From the NCBI RefSeq assembly GCF_000380485.1, contig NZ_AQYG01000043.1, positions 22,519 to 46,518 of the forward strand: 24,000 bases of DNA, read 5' to 3'. The translations under genes were made by a program, and so were the position numbers. A model generated the notes under the pieces. That model worked only from the letters and a program-made list of their open reading frames with translations, ran no database searches and had not been told where the DNA came from. This document shows, one piece after another, positions 19,251-24,000 of the stretch. Position 1 is the stretch's first letter. Each line of letters opens with the position of its first letter. The DNA comes from Jongsikchunia kroppenstedtii DSM 45133. GTDB lineage: Bacteria; Actinomycetota; Actinomycetes; Mycobacteriales; Mycobacteriaceae.

Positions 19251-19277
19251 GGTCACACTTTTCGCGCCGCATCCGTC
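19251..19277 (+). promoter_or_regulatory. ECF41-type target promoter GGTCACA-N16-CGTC upstream of the CMD gene
   Basis: Differs by one base from the published ECF41 consensus as I recall it (TGTCACA-N16-CGTC). The spacer is exactly 16 nt, and the orientation and distance relative to the CMD gene are correct. Confidence 0.6.
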
Positions 19278-19330
19278 AATCATCATGACACGGTAAAACT
19301 GCCGTGGCCCTTCCGAACAAGGAGTCCGCC

Positions 19331-19783
19331 ATGACCGCACGTATCGCCAATCTGTCCTCGTACCACGCGTTCGCCAACGAGGCGCTCGGCACGCTCGGCA
19401 GCCGCGCCGGCGAGTATGGGATCGATGCCTCGATCCTCGAGCTGACGCATCTGCGGGTCAGCCAGATCAACGGCTGCGCCTGGTGCCTGGAGTACGGCCT
19501 GCGCGGTGCGGCGAAGGCCGGCCTGACCGACTCGCAGGTGATCCAGGTCGCCGGCTGGCGAGACTCGGAGCTGTTCTCCGAGGCCGAACGCGCCGCACTC
19601 GATCTCGCCGAGCACATCACCCGGATCGGGGATCGCAGTAACCCGGTGCCGGATCCGATCTGGGAAGAGGCGGCGCGCCACTTCGACGACTCGCAGCTCG
19701 CCGGTCTGGTGCTATGGGTGGCCACCACCAACGCCTACAACCGGATCAACGTCACCACCCGGCGGGTGCCCGGAACCTGGTGA
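19331..19783 (+). CDS. Carboxymuconolactone decarboxylase (CMD) / AhpD-like family protein
   Basis: AhpD-like CxxC motif in SQINGCAWCLEYG. AAGGAG Shine-Dalgarno 7 nt upstream of ATG 19331. Confidence 0.85.
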   Translation: MTARIANLSSYHAFANEALGTLGSRAGEYGIDASILELTHLRVSQINGCAWCLEYGLRGAAKAGLTDSQVIQVAGWRDSELFSEAERAALDLAEHITRIGDRSNPVPDPIWEEAARHFDDSQLAGLVLWVATTNAYNRINVTTRRVPGTW

Positions 19784-19790
19784 CCCGAGG

Positions 19791-19825
19791 CGGCCGGAAT
19801 CAGCGCAAACCGCTGATTCCGGCCG
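19791..19825 (+). terminator. Terminator hairpin after the CMD gene
   Basis: Perfect 15-bp stem (CGGCCGGAATCAGCG / CGCTGATTCCGGCCG), 5-nt loop, followed by TTGCGTT. It begins 8 nt after the stop codon. Confidence 0.7.
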
Positions 19826-19849
19826 TTGCGTTCGCGTACCCTTCGGCCA

Positions 19850-21145
19850 ATGCGGCTCATTCGAAATGCACTGGCGGCCCTTATCGTTTCCAGCGTCGTC
19901 GCCGCCGGGTGCGCCCTGTCCGCCGGTCCGGCGCAGGCCGCGCCGTCCGTGCTGGGTCCCGGGTTCTTCTGGGGCGTGGCGAGCTCGGGCTTCCAATCCG
20001 AGGGATCGTCGCCGGACAGCAACTGGCTCCGCTACTCCCGCAAGCAGACCGACCAGATCGGCACCGCGGCCGACTTCTATCACCGCTATCGGAGCGACAT
20101 CGCTCTGGCAAAAGAATTGGGCGTCAAGGTTTATCGGATCAGCGTCGAGTGGGCCCGTATCCAGCCCCGGCCGGGGGTATGGGACCCCGCCGGAGTCAAG
20201 TTCTACGACAACGTGATCGGTGCGATCGTGGCGGCCGGTATGCGGCCGATGATCACCCTGGATCACTGGGTATATCCGGGATGGGCGGCTGATCGCGGCG
20301 GCTGGAACAATCCGCAGATGGCCGACTGGTGGTTGGCCAATGCGCGGTACGTCGTCCACCGGTACGCCCACTACAACCCGCTGTGGATCACCATCAACGA
20401 GCCGACAGCGTATGTGATGCAAGAACTTCGGCAGGGCGGACTGCCGCCGACGAGCACGTCGATGATGTTCGATCAGCTGGTTCGGGCGCATCGCAGCGCC
20501 TTCGACTACATCCACTCCCGCCAGCCCGGTGCGATGGTCTCGTCGAACGTCGCCTACATCCCGGCGGTCGAGCCCGCGCTCGACGCGCAGTTCCTCGACC
20601 GCGTCGCCGACAAGCTCGACTACGTCGGGATCGATTACTACTACGCCGTCTCGCCGACGGACGTGTCGGTCGCGAGCCTCGTCCTGAACGACTATGGGTC
20701 CGCCGGCGTCGCGCCCGACGGCCTGTACTACACGCTCCGGCACTACGGCCGGAAGTTCCCGGGCAAGCCGCTCTACGTGGTCGAAAACGGTATGGGTACC
20801 AACAACGGGGCCCCGAGACCGGATGGCTATCGGCGCGCCGATCTGCTGCGCGACGATGTCTACTGGCTGCAGCGAGCGAAGGCGGACGGGTACAACGTCA
20901 TCGGCTACAACTACTGGAGCCTGACCGACAACTACGAGTGGGGCAGCTACACACCGCGTTTCGGGTTGTACACGGTCAATGTCAAGACTGACCCCACGCT
21001 GACCCGCCGCCCGACCGATGCGGTGGCCGCCTACCGGCAGATCACTGCGTCGAATGGTGTCGGGTCGCAGTATCGACCGACTCGTCCGGCCCAGTGGTGT
21101 TCTCTGGTGGACGGTGCCGATAGCTGTTTGAATCCCGTTCGCTGA
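19850..21145 (+). CDS. Glycoside hydrolase family 1 (beta-glucosidase-like) with N-terminal signal peptide
   Basis: GH1 acid/base motif ITINEP and nucleophile motif YVVENG. N-terminus MRLIRNALAALIVSSVVAAGCALSAGPAQA-AP. TACCCT lies 7 nt upstream of ATG 19850. The TTG at 19826 directly abuts the 3' end of the terminator stem. Confidence 0.85.
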   Translation: MRLIRNALAALIVSSVVAAGCALSAGPAQAAPSVLGPGFFWGVASSGFQSEGSSPDSNWLRYSRKQTDQIGTAADFYHRYRSDIALAKELGVKVYRISVEWARIQPRPGVWDPAGVKFYDNVIGAIVAAGMRPMITLDHWVYPGWAADRGGWNNPQMADWWLANARYVVHRYAHYNPLWITINEPTAYVMQELRQGGLPPTSTSMMFDQLVRAHRSAFDYIHSRQPGAMVSSNVAYIPAVEPALDAQFLDRVADKLDYVGIDYYYAVSPTDVSVASLVLNDYGSAGVAPDGLYYTLRHYGRKFPGKPLYVVENGMGTNNGAPRPDGYRRADLLRDDVYWLQRAKADGYNVIGYNYWSLTDNYEWGSYTPRFGLYTVNVKTDPTLTRRPTDAVAAYRQITASNGVGSQYRPTRPAQWCSLVDGADSCLNPVR

Positions 21146-22094
21146 CTTCGCGTTCCACCGGAGCCGGCCGCAAGGCCTCGCCCAGGTGAGCGCGGTCCAG
21201 CGGCGGGATGTGTACCTCGTTGGCCTCGGCCGACCGTTGCGCCTCGCCGGCGCCGAAGGCCGCTACGAGGACCGCGCCGCCGATGGCGAGGGCGAATCCG
21301 AAGAGCCCCAACCAATGCAATCCCGGTTGCATGGAGTCGTTGAGCAGGGCCAAGCCGATGATTCCGGGGAATGCGGTCTCGCCCACCACCATTGCCGCCG
21401 TCGAGCCGTTGACGGCGCCCAGCTGCAGCGACACCGTGCGGATATAGAACCCGAACGCACCGGCGATCGCCAACGCCCACGTGGCCGGATCGGAGAGCAG
21501 CGCGGTGATCGAGAACGGGGTGATGCCGTCCATCACGCGGACGCAGACCGCGACGATGCCGAACTGCAGCCCGGCCGCCGCGCCGGCGGGCACCGACGCC
21601 TTGGCGCCGAGCAGGCGGACCATCAGCAGGGACGCGAGCGTCAAGGCGATGGTGGCCCACAGCATGCCCCAGTGGAATGTGGTGCTGGCGGCATGTCCAC
21701 CCGCGCTGCGTGAGGCCGCGCCCAGCATGCCCAGCGCAATTACCACCAGCGCCATGGCCGACCAGTCGCGGGCGCGTAGGCGCACGCCCAGCAGCGAGGC
21801 GCCCAGGACTGCGGTGACCAACAGATTCGCCGACACCAGGGTCTGCGACAGGAACAGTGGCAGCATCCGCGCTGCGGTGGCGCCGGCGGCGAAACCGAGA
21901 ATGGTGAAGGTCATGCCGACCGCGAACGCGCTGGTCTGCGCGGCCGCTTTGGTGGACTCGAGCGATGGGGCGCCGTCTTCAATCGTGCCGCGCCCGGCCT
22001 CGCTCACCGATTGGCGCGCCCCGATGGTCTGCATCACGGCACCCAGGCCGTAGCCGACCGCGGCAACCAGGGCGAACACGACACCGATCAGCAT
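21042..22094 (-). CDS. Multi-pass integral membrane protein (DMT/NIPA-like, family uncertain)
   Basis: About 9-10 hydrophobic helices. AGGAGG Shine-Dalgarno upstream of ATG 22094. The hydrophilic C-terminal tail overlaps the GH1 3' end. Confidence 0.6.
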   Translation of the reverse strand: MLIGVVFALVAAVGYGLGAVMQTIGARQSVSEAGRGTIEDGAPSLESTKAAAQTSAFAVGMTFTILGFAAGATAARMLPLFLSQTLVSANLLVTAVLGASLLGVRLRARDWSAMALVVIALGMLGAASRSAGGHAASTTFHWGMLWATIALTLASLLMVRLLGAKASVPAGAAAGLQFGIVAVCVRVMDGITPFSITALLSDPATWALAIAGAFGFYIRTVSLQLGAVNGSTAAMVVGETAFPGIIGLALLNDSMQPGLHWLGLFGFALAIGGAVLVAAFGAGEAQRSAEANEVHIPPLDRAHLGEALRPAPVEREVSERDSNSYRHRPPENTTGPDESVDTATRHHSTQ

Positions 22095-22199
22095 GGGGGC
22101 AGCACCTCCTCTTCACACTCTTACCTGATTCTTAACATCGCACACTGCTCAGACATTTCGGGTCCAACCAATATCTAGCCCACCTACTAGCATTATCCC

Positions 22200-23027
22200 A
22201 TGCAACAACGCTTAACGGTGCTGGTCACAGGGGCTTCCAGCGGTATCGGAGCCAGCGCGGCAAAGATGTTTAATGATCGTGGATTCCACGTTGTGGGAAC
22301 AAGCCGCAGTCCGGAGAACGTGGCCGATCCCACTCCGGGCGTCGAGTATCTGCCGCTGGACCAGACCGACCCGGCGAGCATCGCGGCCTTGGTCGAGGCG
22401 GTCGGCGAGGTCGACATCCTGGTCAACAACGCAGGCGAGAGCCAGACCGGCGCGCTCGAAGAGGTGCCGATGGCCGACATCGAGCGACTCTTCGCGACGA
22501 ATGTCCTCGGTCCGATCGCGCTGACCAAAGCGGTGCTGCCGGGTATGCGGGAACGCGGCCGCGGCTCGATCGTGATGGTCGGATCGATGGCCGGGAGCTT
22601 TCCGACGCCGTACCGATCGGTGTACAGCGCCGCCAAGAGTGCGCTGCGGACCTTCGCCGACAGCCTGCGCGGCGAGGTGGCCCAGTTCGGCGTCGCGGTC
22701 ACCACCGTGGAGCCCGGCGTGATCGCCACCGGTATCGAGACCCGGCGGGCGCGGATCTCCGACGACACCTCGCCGTACCGAGTCGGCTTCGAGTCGGTCG
22801 ACAAGGCGATGGCACGCCGCGAGCGCAGCGGTCTGGCCACCGACAAGCTGGCAGAGCTGGTCGTCGAGGCGGCGCTGTCGGCGAATCCGAAGCCGTTGTA
22901 CGCCAGGGGCACCAACGCGCCCTTCGTCTTCGCCCTGGCGCGCCTTGTCCCGCGACGAATGCTGCTCGATACGATCGCCCGGACGCACGGCATCGGCCGG
23001 ACGCGACCCGACTTGTCCGGTCGATGA
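22200..23027 (+). CDS. Classical SDR family oxidoreductase
   Basis: TGASSGIG, NNAG and YSAAK motifs. TAGCAT lies 6 nt upstream of ATG 22200, a leaderless-type geometry. Confidence 0.85.
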   Translation: MQQRLTVLVTGASSGIGASAAKMFNDRGFHVVGTSRSPENVADPTPGVEYLPLDQTDPASIAALVEAVGEVDILVNNAGESQTGALEEVPMADIERLFATNVLGPIALTKAVLPGMRERGRGSIVMVGSMAGSFPTPYRSVYSAAKSALRTFADSLRGEVAQFGVAVTTVEPGVIATGIETRRARISDDTSPYRVGFESVDKAMARRERSGLATDKLAELVVEAALSANPKPLYARGTNAPFVFALARLVPRRMLLDTIARTHGIGRTRPDLSGR

Positions 23028-23043
23028 ACTACAGGGGGAGTCG

Positions 23044-23832
23044 ATGACCGCTACCGGCGTGCGTGATGATTCGCCGAATCTGCTGCTGATCGGCATCGGG
23101 CCGGGCGATCCGAAGCAGATCACCATCGAGGCCATCGAGGCCATGCGCGAGGCGGACGTGTTCTTCGTCCTGGACAAGGGCGAGCACAAGCACACCCTGC
23201 TGGCGCTGCGGCGGGAGATCTGTGAGCGCTATATCCCCGAGGGCGGCTATCGATTCGTCGAGATTCCTGATCCGCCCCGCGATCGGCATCCGGACGATTA
23301 CACCGCCGAGGTCCGCGCGTGGCACGACGGCCGGCTCGCCAAGATCGAGGAGGCATTCGCCGCCGAACTCGCAGACGGGCAGGTCGGGGCTTTTCTGGTC
23401 TGGGGTGATCCGGCGCTGTACGACAGCACCCTGCGGATCGTGGAACAGATCGCCGAGGCGGGCCGCTTCCCGGTGCGGTACCGGGTGATCCCGGCCGTCT
23501 CGAGCATCTCGGCGCTCGCCGCGGCGCATCGAATCCTGTTGAACCGCATCGGCGAACCGATCCACATCACCACCGGTCGACGGCTGCTGCTCGACCGCGG
23601 CGGCGACACCAACCAGGTCGTGATGCTCGACTCCGGCTGCTCGTTCCTCGAGGTCGCCGAGCCCGACGACCACATCTGGTGGGGCGCGTACCTGGGGACC
23701 GATGAGGAGATCCTGATCTGCGGCACGGTCGCGGAGGTCGGACAGCTGATCAAGGTGACCCGCGAGGAGGCCCGCATCCGGATCGGCTGGATCCTCGACG
23801 TCTATCTGCTGCGTAAACCTGAGTATCGGTAG
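23044..23832 (+). CDS. cobF: Precorrin-6A synthase (deacetylating), tetrapyrrole methylase family
   Basis: LLLIGIGPGDP, VWGDPALYDS and the overall CobF-like length (262 aa). GGGGGAG Shine-Dalgarno upstream of ATG 23044. Confidence 0.75.
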   Translation: MTATGVRDDSPNLLLIGIGPGDPKQITIEAIEAMREADVFFVLDKGEHKHTLLALRREICERYIPEGGYRFVEIPDPPRDRHPDDYTAEVRAWHDGRLAKIEEAFAAELADGQVGAFLVWGDPALYDSTLRIVEQIAEAGRFPVRYRVIPAVSSISALAAAHRILLNRIGEPIHITTGRRLLLDRGGDTNQVVMLDSGCSFLEVAEPDDHIWWGAYLGTDEEILICGTVAEVGQLIKVTREEARIRIGWILDVYLLRKPEYR

Positions 23833-24000
23833 TTACAGCGCGGCCAGGAGATCGTCCGCGATCTCCTGACGGCAGATGACGAAGTCGGGCAGGTAGATGC
23901 TGCGTCGGTTGTAGACCAGCGGACTGCCGTCGACCCGGCTGCAGTGCAGCCCGGCCGCCCGGGCCACGCCGACCGGGGCACAGTTGTCCCATTCGTACTG
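23833..24000 (-). CDS. 3'(2'),5'-bisphosphate nucleotidase CysQ / inositol monophosphatase family protein (C-terminal fragment; the gene continues beyond the window)
   Basis: Hand translation of the minus strand gives ..QYEWDNCAPVGVARAAGLHCSRVDGSPLVYNRRSIYLPDFVICRQEIADDLLAAL*, which carries the family's WD..A......AAG motif. It is absent from the ORF track because its start lies outside the window. Confidence 0.6.
   Translation of the reverse strand, partial: QYEWDNCAPVGVARAAGLHCSRVDGSPLVYNRRSIYLPDFVICRQEIADDLLAAL

Noticed and set aside
19712-20743. 343-aa minus-strand ORF opposite the GH1 gene, and similar antisense ORFs 22212..23195, 8373..8954, 10910..11626 and 4085..5440
   Set aside because: Each is the mirror frame of a gene with clear family motifs. 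Such long open antisense frames are expected at about 68% GC.

Overview
High-GC (about 67-68%) actinobacterial chromosome, most likely a mycolic-acid actinomycete (Mycobacterium, Nocardia, Gordonia or Rhodococcus type). The window is densely coding and mostly ordinary core or metabolic genes. In order: an LtrA-family membrane protein; a Baeyer-Villiger monooxygenase plus SDR operon with a divergent TetR; a flavoprotein; echA6; two tandem MspA-like porin paralogs; a block syntenic, from my memory of M. tuberculosis Rv0905-Rv0910, made of an MBL-fold hydrolase, the P-type ATPase ctpE, an Rv0909/MT0933-like small antitoxin and an Rv0910-like SRPBCC protein, with a lipoprotein lipase inserted between the last two; an F420-type split-barrel protein; an SDR; tRNA-Arg(CCT); a 7-TM membrane protein plus XRE regulator followed by an AT-rich divergent promoter region and an ORF-free structured segment; an ABM monooxygenase; an NmrA-like reductase; a TIGR03083/DinB-like protein; an ECF41-type sigma factor with its CMD-family partner gene and a matching promoter motif; a signal-peptide-bearing GH1 glycosidase; a DMT-like membrane protein; an SDR; cobF; and the 3' end of a CysQ/inositol-monophosphatase-family gene. 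I see no rRNA, CRISPR array, transposase or integrase, and no convincing large novel multi-gene system. The most unusual locus is the tRNA-Arg-adjacent XRE/7-TM module with its orphan promoter and the G/C-skewed non-coding stretch at about 14.75-16.27 kb. Next are the interrupted Rv0909/Rv0910-like pair and the tandem porins. Many of the long ORFs in the track are GC-driven antisense artefacts. Several start codons were moved using 4-nt overlaps, Shine-Dalgarno sites, or a TANNNT-N6-8-start leaderless geometry.
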